Shown: one piece after another, positions 44,119 to 52,747 of the stretch
Layout of the letters: each line of letters opens with the position of its first letter
Position numbering within the stretch: position 1 is the first letter of the stretch
IMG/VR virus record: IMGVR_UViG_3300048861_000081
Span: 3,689-67,688 of that record
Strand: one strand, 5' to 3'
Source: a virus
Taxonomy: Duplodnaviria; Caudoviricetes
DNA: 64,000 bases
Translations under genes and position numbers: made by a program
The notes under the pieces: generated by a model
Told to the model about the DNA's origin: nothing
The model's input: only the letters and a program-made list of their open reading frames with translations
The model's database searches: none

Positions 44119-46044
44119 ATGACCGTTCCGTCGCTTCTGCCGCCGTACAATGCTACCGCATTTATGCGCGCGCTTGAGCAGGCGGTTGCCTATGAAGGCC
44201 GGGTTTCGGACAGCGTCGCGTTGATCCGAGACATCAAGGGTCGTCAGCTTCCGAGCTTCATCCCTTTTCTGCTCTACGAATACGGCCTGATCGAACTGAC
44301 GCCGTATGTCCCTAACTACTACACCCTCCTTCTTGAAGGAAGGATGTGGCAGATCGAACGCGATACACTCGCCGCCATTCATCGCGGCCTTGGATGGGTT
44401 AACGCGCCGGCGACGATCGAGGAAGCGCCGACCCGGCGCATATGGTGGAATAGCTTTCAGCTTCGGTTCGAAACCTTGCCGCCTGACGATACCCCGTCGC
44501 TCGACCGGATCGATAGGATAACGCAGCTAGGCAAACCGTTCCGGTCCGACTTCCGTCGCGGCGTTTTCGAATACGACGCGCCGGCGATGGAGCTCGACGG
44601 TAGGCGGCTTGATAGCTGCCTTCTCGATCGGGAAAGCGGCGTCCTTCTTCGTCAGAATGGACCGCTGTGGTCGTTCGGCCGGACGACTGAGTTAGAGCAT
44701 GTACTTACGCAAGCGGAAGGGACGGCAATCGGCAACTGGTTGCCGCCCGTTACTCATTCGGCCTATTCGGTCGATCTGATCAATCTGACGGCTGTCATTG
44801 ATGACGATGGCGTTCCGATCGACGATGCTATTACTTTCGCGCGTGCAACGACGAAATGGCATAGCAATCTCGCCGGGTTGTGGACGGAATTTGGCGTCGA
44901 CGTGATCGCGACGACCGATCGCGGAACGCTAATCGAAGCTGATGGCGATCGGCTTTCTCAGTTCGCCCTTGACTTCAACCCGCTTGAAGATGTTGCGGCT
45001 GCCGTCGTTGACGAAATCGGCATCGACGACCCGTTCGGCGGTATCGGCGCGATCAGGGTAACGTTCACGGCCGATGCTGGCCGAACGTTCCTTGTGCCCG
45101 CGTCCGGGCTTGAACCGAATACGGTCTATTCCGTTTCATTCTTCGCTAGGCTGATGTCGTCTACCGGCGTAACCGCCGGCGGCGGCGATGCCGGCTTTGA
45201 TGACTTGTTTGGTCAACTTGTCACGGGCGAGTACGTCCGTGTTGAGGGCGTATCGTTCGAAACCGGCGAAATCGCCGGCGAATGGATGGACTTGACCCTT
45301 AACAATCCCGGCGCTGTGCTGACGGTCGACCTGTATGGCTTCCAAATCGAAGCTGGCGATTTGGTTACATCCCCGATCGCCGGCCCGGACATTACGGGCC
45401 ATCGCGCCGAGGACGAACTGACGCTGAACATCCCTGACGGACTGAACAACGTCGTCGCCCGTTTTGATGACGGCAGCGCCCAGGCGTTTCTAGGCGTCAT
45501 CGGGCCGTTCTCGATCGTCCCTTCCGAACTTTTTCGGCCTTTGATCGTGTCCATCGCCAACGCGTCGGCCAGCAGATGGGCTGAGATGCCTTACCCATGG
45601 ACGCAAGCGACGTTCCCGTGGGCATCTGACGCCGAAGCGCAGCGCCAGATCGTTCTAGCCGAGTGGTTCAATGGGAAGGTCGCCCACGTCGCGTTGAAGG
45701 ATGCGGACGGCGCCGTCATTGGCTACAGGCGGACACGCGCCGTCCGCCAAGTGAACCCCTCTTTCATAGGCGATTACGTCTTCGACGGCGTGACTTACGG
45801 TTCCGATGTCGGCGGCCAATATGCCTACATCGAAGCTATGACCGACGCCGACAACGGCGCCGGCATTCAGGCGAAAAGCTTTGAAGTCATCATCGATGCA
45901 ACGGTCGCTGATGGCGTTAAACCGGGTAAGCTTTGGCTGACCCCCGGCCAACTTTCGGGCGGGCATGCAATCGCGGCAACGCCGATTGATGTTCCGCTTC
46001 GCGCGACGGTGCGCGAACGTCTCAAACTCCTATTGAGGTTCTAA
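44119..46044 (+). CDS. Baseplate gpI-like tail protein with internal jelly-roll/CBM-like insertion
   Basis: LLPPYNAT.FMRALE...PFLLYEYGL N-terminus after gpJ; internal FARATT and FQIEAG..TSPI motifs. Confidence 0.7.
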   Translation: MTVPSLLPPYNATAFMRALEQAVAYEGRVSDSVALIRDIKGRQLPSFIPFLLYEYGLIELTPYVPNYYTLLLEGRMWQIERDTLAAIHRGLGWVNAPATIEEAPTRRIWWNSFQLRFETLPPDDTPSLDRIDRITQLGKPFRSDFRRGVFEYDAPAMELDGRRLDSCLLDRESGVLLRQNGPLWSFGRTTELEHVLTQAEGTAIGNWLPPVTHSAYSVDLINLTAVIDDDGVPIDDAITFARATTKWHSNLAGLWTEFGVDVIATTDRGTLIEADGDRLSQFALDFNPLEDVAAAVVDEIGIDDPFGGIGAIRVTFTADAGRTFLVPASGLEPNTVYSVSFFARLMSSTGVTAGGGDAGFDDLFGQLVTGEYVRVEGVSFETGEIAGEWMDLTLNNPGAVLTVDLYGFQIEAGDLVTSPIAGPDITGHRAEDELTLNIPDGLNNVVARFDDGSAQAFLGVIGPFSIVPSELFRPLIVSIANASASRWAEMPYPWTQATFPWASDAEAQRQIVLAEWFNGKVAHVALKDADGAVIGYRRTRAVRQVNPSFIGDYVFDGVTYGSDVGGQYAYIEAMTDADNGAGIQAKSFEVIIDATVADGVKPGKLWLTPGQLSGGHAIAATPIDVPLRATVRERLKLLLRF

Positions 46045-49000
46045 ATGGCTTTCGAACACAAGAGCGGCCTGCCGGACGCGTATGACCGCGCGGATGGTCA
46101 CAACGACGTGCAGGGTGTCGTCTTCTATGGCGATGAACGGTTCTTGCAGTCGGCAGAACTGAACGAGGCGCAAACGATCGAGCGTCAGCGCGCCCGCCGC
46201 GTCTCGCGCCTCATCGCCAAAGATGGGGATCGGGTAGAAGGCGCCGCGATCGTTCTGATTGATGCGGATGCCGGGGAGTTTGCGACGACCGCTGGCCGCG
46301 TCTACTTCGACGGGGACATCTTCCCGATCGATCAGGCGGTTCTCGACGGCGTTCCCATGACGGGCAGGGTCGTCGTCGGGGCGACTGTTACCCGGACGTG
46401 GGTGACGTCGGACGATGACCCGACATTGCTCGGACTTGTCGAAGGATCGCTTGCCGAAGGCGAGCCGGGCGCGGCACGCGAGAAAGTGACATTGTCGTGG
46501 GCTGTTGAAGCTGATCAGGACGAATTCGTTCCGATCTACATCATCCAGGACGGCACCGTCATTGATCAATCGCCGCCGCCGGCCTTGTCCGGCATCAATC
46601 AGGCGATATCGATCTACGACAGCGACGCGAACGGCAACTATATCGTTCGCGGCTGCCGCGTTACCGCGCTTGGCAAGACAGACGGTAATCAGGTCTTTTC
46701 GATCGAGGAAGGCACCGCAAATATCAATGGCTTCAAGCGCGTCCGGCAGGCCGCGCTACGCCATGAAGAGCTTGAAGATTGGGATACCGAGGAAGTCCCC
46801 GGCGAACCGCATACCTACCCAGGCGGCGCAAGCGCGACGATCCCGACGAATTTTTCGCCGATTTCCGCGATCAACTCGGTCCTTGTGACAAAGCAGGTCA
46901 CAGAGAATGTCACGCGCGGAGCGGTTGCCGGAACCGCTGATCTTCTGTCGAACAACAGCGTTACAGCGATCCTTTTGGTCAAGCAGGGCGCGACGACGTA
47001 CGCCGTTACGACTGACTACATCAAAACGGGCGATAGCGTTGACTGGTCGCCCGGCGGGACGGAACCGGCGACGGGGTCGACCTATCAGGTCACCTATCAG
47101 TACCTTGCATCTGTTACCCCTGATGCGGCCGACGATACTTCGATTACCGTCTCTGGCGGCGTTTCGGGTACGACGGTCATCTTCGGGTACGACTACAAGC
47201 TGCCGCGCATCGATCTGCTTTGTCTCGATCAAGATGGCTTGCCAGCCTACGTCAAGGGGAATTCCGCAAGGAAGAACCCGCTTCAACCGCTGCCGCCGGC
47301 GAACTTGCTGAAGCTCTGCTACATCACCAATAGTTGGCTGACGACGCCGGGCGTAGTGAACGACGGAACGCGGTCTGTCCCATATGATCAGGCTTGGCGC
47401 TTCTATAATCGCGTCATAGACCTCGATCGTTTGATGCAGATCGAGCGTATCAATCGCGGCATTGACAGCCGGGAACCGGTTGCGAAACTCGGCTCGTTTG
47501 CCGACCCCCTGACGACGGATGAATTCCGCGACCTTGGGGCGGCACAAACGGCGTCGGTTGGTCTCGGTACGATCGAGCTCGCTATTGCGCCGACATTCTT
47601 CGAGGCGACACTGAACTCGCCCGTCATGCTCGACTATACGGAAGAAATCATCATCCAGCAGCTTCTTGAAACGGGCTGCACGAAGATCAACCCGTATCAG
47701 AACTTCACGCCTTTGCCGGCCGGGTTGAAGATGAGCCCGGCGGCAGATTTTTGGACGGTCCAGCAGACAGTATGGGCTAGCCCTCAGACGATCGAGTTCA
47801 ATCGCGGCATTCGTCGCGACAATGGCCCGCTCGTCGTTTCGACCGATAGCACTGAAGTTGTCGATCAACGGCAACAACAAGCTGACTTCCTTCGCCAGAT
47901 CACCGTCGCTTATACGATCCAAGGGTTCGGCGCCGGCGAGATCCTGAAGACGCTGACGTTCGACGGCGTCAACATCAAACCGCCGGGCACGACGACAGCG
48001 GACGGATCGGGGAACATCGCCGGGTCTTTCGTGATCCCTGCGAACATCCCGGCCGGAACGAAGGAAATGTTCGCCGAGGGTATGGGCGGGTCGTTCGCCT
48101 CCGCGCCATTTGTGGGGCAGGGGACAATTACGATCACAACGATGCGGACGGTTACGACCATCGACAGATGGACGAACCCGCCGACTGTCGTTCAGCAACC
48201 CGTTCAAACGCCTAAGCCGCCAACGCCTCAATCAGGGGATGGGGGCCACGCGGGAAATCATGGCGGCGGTCGTGCTGACCCGGTTGCACAGACGTTCACT
48301 GTGTCGGAAGCGCGGCAACTGGTCGGCGTTGACGTGAAGCTTTGCGCGATCGGCAACACGGCAAACAACATCCAGGTCGATCAGGTCTCCGTTCAGACCG
48401 GGTTCCCAACGACGGATGTTGAAGCGTCCGCTTTCGTCCCGATGGCCGGGAAAACGGTAGGATGGATTTCCGCCCGGTATAATTTCCCGGTTCTGACGAC
48501 ACCGGATCGAGAAGAGGCTTTCGTCGTCAAGACGAACGATGCAAACCATTCGGTTTCATTCGCTCGCCTTGGCGCATTCGACACGACGCTGCAAAAGTTC
48601 GTTACCTCGCAGCCTTATACGGTCGGCGTTATGCTGACGTCGTCGAATGCAAGCACATGGACGCCGAGCCAAGACGACGACCTGACCTTCCGTCTCGTTG
48701 CCGCCAAGTTCGGCCCCCTGACGAAGACCGTCCCGCTCGGAAGCTTCGATCTTGTCCACTGTAGCGACCTTCAGGTCCGCGCCGTCGTCGATCTGCCGTC
48801 GACGGATTGCAGCGTCATTTTCGAGATCGTCCGGGCCGATGCATCGGTTCTGCGCGTACAGCCCTATCAGGTTGTGCAGCTAACCGAGTACATCACGGAA
48901 ACGGTTCAGCTTCGCGCCATCCTTACAGGGACCGAGAAGCTATCCCCGATCCTTTACAACCCGGTCGTATTGATCGCTGGCGAGATCGCCACTGAAGGGA

Positions 49001-49287
49001 CGTACATTTGCCGGGCGTTCGACCTGGGTACTGACGTCGACCTGACGTCCTACTTCAAAGCATCGCTTCCGTTCGGTTCGACGGTCACCGCCGAGTACGA
49101 CAAGGCCGACGACACATGGCTAAGCCTGCCGCTGATATCGACCGAAGTCCTGTCCGATCCCGCATGGGTCGAGCAGAAACGGTCAGCGACCGGCATCAAC
49201 GCAACTGAGGGGCGTATCAAGATCACGATCACCGGCGGGCCTTCTGCCCGGCCGCGCATCGGCGACCTTGGCGCGGCTATCATGTAG
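46045..49287 (+). CDS. DUF4815-like large baseplate/tail protein
   Basis: FLQSAELNEAQ N-terminus; YKLPRIDLLCLD; FADPLTTDEFRD; position. Confidence 0.65.
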   Translation: MAFEHKSGLPDAYDRADGHNDVQGVVFYGDERFLQSAELNEAQTIERQRARRVSRLIAKDGDRVEGAAIVLIDADAGEFATTAGRVYFDGDIFPIDQAVLDGVPMTGRVVVGATVTRTWVTSDDDPTLLGLVEGSLAEGEPGAAREKVTLSWAVEADQDEFVPIYIIQDGTVIDQSPPPALSGINQAISIYDSDANGNYIVRGCRVTALGKTDGNQVFSIEEGTANINGFKRVRQAALRHEELEDWDTEEVPGEPHTYPGGASATIPTNFSPISAINSVLVTKQVTENVTRGAVAGTADLLSNNSVTAILLVKQGATTYAVTTDYIKTGDSVDWSPGGTEPATGSTYQVTYQYLASVTPDAADDTSITVSGGVSGTTVIFGYDYKLPRIDLLCLDQDGLPAYVKGNSARKNPLQPLPPANLLKLCYITNSWLTTPGVVNDGTRSVPYDQAWRFYNRVIDLDRLMQIERINRGIDSREPVAKLGSFADPLTTDEFRDLGAAQTASVGLGTIELAIAPTFFEATLNSPVMLDYTEEIIIQQLLETGCTKINPYQNFTPLPAGLKMSPAADFWTVQQTVWASPQTIEFNRGIRRDNGPLVVSTDSTEVVDQRQQQADFLRQITVAYTIQGFGAGEILKTLTFDGVNIKPPGTTTADGSGNIAGSFVIPANIPAGTKEMFAEGMGGSFASAPFVGQGTITITTMRTVTTIDRWTNPPTVVQQPVQTPKPPTPQSGDGGHAGNHGGGRADPVAQTFTVSEARQLVGVDVKLCAIGNTANNIQVDQVSVQTGFPTTDVEASAFVPMAGKTVGWISARYNFPVLTTPDREEAFVVKTNDANHSVSFARLGAFDTTLQKFVTSQPYTVGVMLTSSNASTWTPSQDDDLTFRLVAAKFGPLTKTVPLGSFDLVHCSDLQVRAVVDLPSTDCSVIFEIVRADASVLRVQPYQVVQLTEYITETVQLRAILTGTEKLSPILYNPVVLIAGEIATEGTYICRAFDLGTDVDLTSYFKASLPFGSTVTAEYDKADDTWLSLPLISTEVLSDPAWVEQKRSATGINATEGRIKITITGGPSARPRIGDLGAAIM

Positions 49288-49301
49288 AAAGGGCCGCGAT
49301 A

Positions 49302-50081
49302 ATGTCGGACACTATCAATCGCGGTTACCCGAAGCCGGTTAGCACAAACTTAGTCAGCGAAGACGTTCTAAAGCTGATGCAGGCTTTCGATATGATCGAC
49401 GCTGACGTTGAGGCGCTCTTGTTAGCCCTCAACGGCAAGTCGCCTGTCGGGCATACCCACTCGATCAGCGATGTGGCAGGGCTAACCGCAGCCCTGTCAA
49501 GCAAGTCGGACGTGGGCCACACCCATGCTTTCGACGACATCACAGGCGTAAGCGGCACCGCCGCTGCGCCGGCTGGCTACGTGCTTTACAAGACGGCGGT
49601 CGGATGGGTTCCCGGCGCCCCGGCTGCGGTCCTCGGCGCCCATACGCATCAGATCAGTGACATCATCAACCTTCAATCGGTTCTCGATACGAAGCTTGAT
49701 GATGCTGCACTCGCGGAGGCGGCATTAAAGCCCGTTCCTGTCGATGCCGACACGATCCTGATCCTTGACAGCGCCGTCTCTAACGGGCGCAAGCGTCTGT
49801 CATGGTCATCACTGAAATCGGCGCTGAAGACTTACTTTGATACGCTTTACGCGGTCGCAGGACGCGGGATTGTGACCGGGACGATAATCGACTACGCGGG
49901 ACCGTCTGTCCCGGCCGGCTACCTCGCGGCAAGCGGCCAGGCCGTTTCGCGAACAGCGGCGGAAACAGCGACCCTCTTTGCGCTATTCGGGACAACTTAC
50001 GGATCAGGGAACGGGACGACGACATTCAACCTCCCGAACCCGCCGCCGACGTCACCAATGATCAAGATAATCAAGACCTAA
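49302..50081 (+). CDS. Short tail fibre with HxH repeats and terminal collar domain
   Basis: Three HTH(S/A/Q) repeats; GTIIDYAG...PAGYLAASGQAVSRT...LFALFGTTYGSGNGTTTFNLP. Confidence 0.8.
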   Translation: MSDTINRGYPKPVSTNLVSEDVLKLMQAFDMIDADVEALLLALNGKSPVGHTHSISDVAGLTAALSSKSDVGHTHAFDDITGVSGTAAAPAGYVLYKTAVGWVPGAPAAVLGAHTHQISDIINLQSVLDTKLDDAALAEAALKPVPVDADTILILDSAVSNGRKRLSWSSLKSALKTYFDTLYAVAGRGIVTGTIIDYAGPSVPAGYLAASGQAVSRTAAETATLFALFGTTYGSGNGTTTFNLPNPPPTSPMIKIIKT

Positions 50082-50107
50082 AGGGCGCCTTACCGAGGCG
50101 CCCTTTT
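50080..50107 (+). terminator. Intrinsic terminator
   Basis: AAAGGGCGCCT-TACCG-AGGCGCCCTTTT. Confidence 0.8.
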
Positions 50108-50138
50108 CATTTCCAGCCCACAAAAAGGAGAATACCTA

Positions 50139-51620
50139 ATGTCCGATCCTGTTTTCGGCATTGGCATTACGCGCCAAGACGACGAGCCGCGCTCGGCGGT
50201 CAAGACCGACATGTCGGTCATTGGTCTTGTCGGAACGGCCCCCGATGCCGACGTCGACAAATTCCCCGTTAACGATCCTGTCCTTTTCTTTTCGGACGAC
50301 GCCGCAGCGGTAACGGCCCTTGGCCTTACCGGTTCGCTGCCCGGCGCCCTCGAACTGATCAATTCGCAGCTTGACGATTTTCAGGCGGCGGCGCAGGTCA
50401 TTTTCGTCCGCGTCGAAGAAGGCGCAGACGAAAATGAGACGATTACGAACCTCGTCGGAAATTCTTCGCTCAAGACCGGCATCCACGCGTTGCGCATCGC
50501 CGGCCCGAAGCTCGGCATTGTTCCGCGTCTGGTCGGCGTCCCCGGCTTCACGCATCAGCGCGACACCGGCGTAACGGCCATCGCTGTTACCGCAGGCGGC
50601 ACCGGATATACATCGGCGCCGACCATCGCGTTTACCGGCGGCGACGGATCGGGCGCGGCCGGAACGGCAGTCCTCGGCACTGGCGCCGACGCCGGCAAGG
50701 TCATGAGCGTCACGATCACCAATCCCGGCACAGGTTACACGTCCGCGCCGACTATCGCCTTCACGGGCGGGGCTGGTTCCGGCGCAGCCGCGACCGCAAC
50801 CGTCAACGACCTGGCTAACGCCGTCTGCGCGGCCCTGCCGTCGCTACTGTCGGCCCTTCTTGCGCATGCCGTCGTATCCGGCCCGCATTCTACCTTGCAG
50901 GCATTCACGGATTGGCGCGAGGCGCTTGCTAGCGATCGCCTGATCCCGGTTGAAACGTGGGTCAAGGTCGGGGTCGACGGAACCGTCGTCGATAGCGTTC
51001 CCGCGATCCTTGGCCTCGGCGTCCGCCGCGATCATGAGAACGGCGGAACGCCATTCCTGTCGTGGGCAAACCAGCCTATCAGTGGGATCGTCGGGCCGAA
51101 CCGCCTGATCGAGTTTTCGCTGACTGATGGCGCGACCGAAGGTCAGCAGATCCTCTTGCAGAACGGCGGCGTCATCCTTCGTGGCGAAGCCGGCGTCGAA
51201 ACTGCGATCGCCGCGTCCGGCTTCATCTTTGTCGGCACTGACAATGCCGGCGCCGATGACCTTTGGCGCTTCTATAACGTCACGCGCGGGCGCGATTACA
51301 TCAACCTTCTGATGCTGAAGACGCTGCGGTTCTATCTCGGCCGCTTCAACATCACCGGGCAGACGATTGAAGCCATCGTTCAGACGATTAAGTCGGCGCT
51401 GCGTGATTTGCAGGCAGACGGGAGCATCCTCGGTTCGAACGTCAGTTTCACGCGCGACCAAAACACCCCGGAAAATCTTCGCCTTGGTCGTTTCAATATG
51501 ACCTTCGCGGCTGAAGAAGCCCCGGTCCTGCGGTTCCTCGGGCTGAATTCCACCCGCTATCGTCCGGCGCTCGATGCGCTGCTCGACGATCTGCTTGTTC
51601 AACTTGACACCGCCGTCTAA
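50139..51620 (+). CDS. Contractile tail sheath protein
   Basis: SVIGLVGTAPDAD, SWANQPISGIVG, FYNVTRGRD, NTPENLRLG. Confidence 0.93.
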   Translation: MSDPVFGIGITRQDDEPRSAVKTDMSVIGLVGTAPDADVDKFPVNDPVLFFSDDAAAVTALGLTGSLPGALELINSQLDDFQAAAQVIFVRVEEGADENETITNLVGNSSLKTGIHALRIAGPKLGIVPRLVGVPGFTHQRDTGVTAIAVTAGGTGYTSAPTIAFTGGDGSGAAGTAVLGTGADAGKVMSVTITNPGTGYTSAPTIAFTGGAGSGAAATATVNDLANAVCAALPSLLSALLAHAVVSGPHSTLQAFTDWREALASDRLIPVETWVKVGVDGTVVDSVPAILGLGVRRDHENGGTPFLSWANQPISGIVGPNRLIEFSLTDGATEGQQILLQNGGVILRGEAGVETAIAASGFIFVGTDNAGADDLWRFYNVTRGRDYINLLMLKTLRFYLGRFNITGQTIEAIVQTIKSALRDLQADGSILGSNVSFTRDQNTPENLRLGRFNMTFAAEEAPVLRFLGLNSTRYRPALDALLDDLLVQLDTAV

Positions 51621-51647
51621 CCCCGCATCAGAAAAGGGCAATATCCA

Positions 51648-52181
51648 ATGAGCGGAACCTTTTACCTCATGGAAGCCGTGAACCTGTTTTGCGGCAATGA
51701 CGATCCGACCGATAGCAAGCATCTGACGCTATCGGAACTGAAGCTTCCCGACCTTCAAGCAATCTACGCCGACCATCACGCCGGCGGCGCCTTGGTCGCG
51801 ATCGAAGTCGAAGTCGGCATCCAGAAGCTTGAGCCCACCTTCAAGCTGAACGGCTTCGACCCGACATTGCTCGCGCAATTCGGTCTCGGATCGCGTTTCC
51901 GCCAGAACTTCACGGCTTACGGCGCCGTTCGAGATCAGCGGACGGGACAGGCTATCGAAGCGAAGGCGATCATCGAAGCGCGCCTCGGCAAGGTTGCGCC
52001 GGATGGCTTCCAGCGCGGCGAAATGCACAGCCATGAATACGCGATGAATTCGGTCGTTCATTACGAACTGTGGTTCGACAACAAAGAAAAGATCGTTTGG
52101 GACTTCTTCACGTCGGTTTGGCGTGTCGATGGCGTCGACCAGAATTCGAACGAGAACCGCATCCTTCGGATCAACGGCTAA
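51648..52181 (+). CDS. Tail tube protein (P2 FII-like)
   Basis: ELKLPDL, GIQKLEPTFKLNG, VWRVDGVDQ; follows sheath. Confidence 0.9.
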   Translation: MSGTFYLMEAVNLFCGNDDPTDSKHLTLSELKLPDLQAIYADHHAGGALVAIEVEVGIQKLEPTFKLNGFDPTLLAQFGLGSRFRQNFTAYGAVRDQRTGQAIEAKAIIEARLGKVAPDGFQRGEMHSHEYAMNSVVHYELWFDNKEKIVWDFFTSVWRVDGVDQNSNENRILRING

Positions 52182-52209
52182 TCGCATCGATCGATCTTCG
52201 ACCAACTAC

Positions 52210-52243
52210 GGCCCGCCGGGACATCCCGGCGGGCCTTTTCTTT
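52210..52243 (+). terminator. Intrinsic terminator
   Basis: GGCCCGCCGGG-ACAT-CCCGGCGGGCC followed by TTTTCTTT. Confidence 0.85.
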
Positions 52244-52262
52244 GCAACAAGGAAACGCCGAA

Positions 52263-52565
52263 ATGAACGCCGAAACAGACAAGCCCGACGTTTGGGCTGA
52301 AACCACATACTTTCTTCTCTTCCCCGTCACGGTGGAAGGCGCTGACAAAGTTGCATCGCTGACCTTCAGCGAGCCGAACGGCGAGCAACTGGAAGCGATC
52401 GACGACATCGGCCTTGAAGAAGGCGCGAACCCGAAGATCGGCCAGATCATGACCATGATCTCGATAATGTCGGGAACGCCGATCGAGACTGTCCGCAAGA
52501 TGCACGCCAAGGACATCAAGGGCGCGGCCGAAGCCTTTTCCCCTTTGCTGGAAGGGGTGATCTAA
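52263..52565 (+). CDS. Tail assembly chaperone gpE-like
   Basis: YFLLFPVTVEG...LTFSEPNGEQL...ISIMSG...RKMHAKD; between tube and tape measure. Confidence 0.85.
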   Translation: MNAETDKPDVWAETTYFLLFPVTVEGADKVASLTFSEPNGEQLEAIDDIGLEEGANPKIGQIMTMISIMSGTPIETVRKMHAKDIKGAAEAFSPLLEGVI

Positions 52566-52747
52566 GGGGCTTTATCGCGGTCGTTTTTGCGGCCCGCGAA
52601 TGGCGCCTTAACGGCGACCGTATCGTCGCCGACGTCGCCTCAACCCTCAGCACCCCCTTCAACGAATGCCGGAAGACGCCGATCTCGTTGCTCCTTCGCA
52701 TGAATGAGCAAGCGCAGCGGATCATCCGCGCCCGGAGCAAAAGATAA
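52541..52747 (+). CDS. gpE'-like extension reached by predicted -1 frameshift
   Basis: C CCT TTG (X XXY YYZ) at 52541-52547; -1 frame encodes WRLNGDRIVADVASTLSTPFNE...; its TAA overlaps the tape-measure ATG. Confidence 0.7.
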   Translation, partial: PFAGRGDLRGFIAVVFAAREWRLNGDRIVADVASTLSTPFNECRKTPISLLLRMNEQAQRIIRARSKR

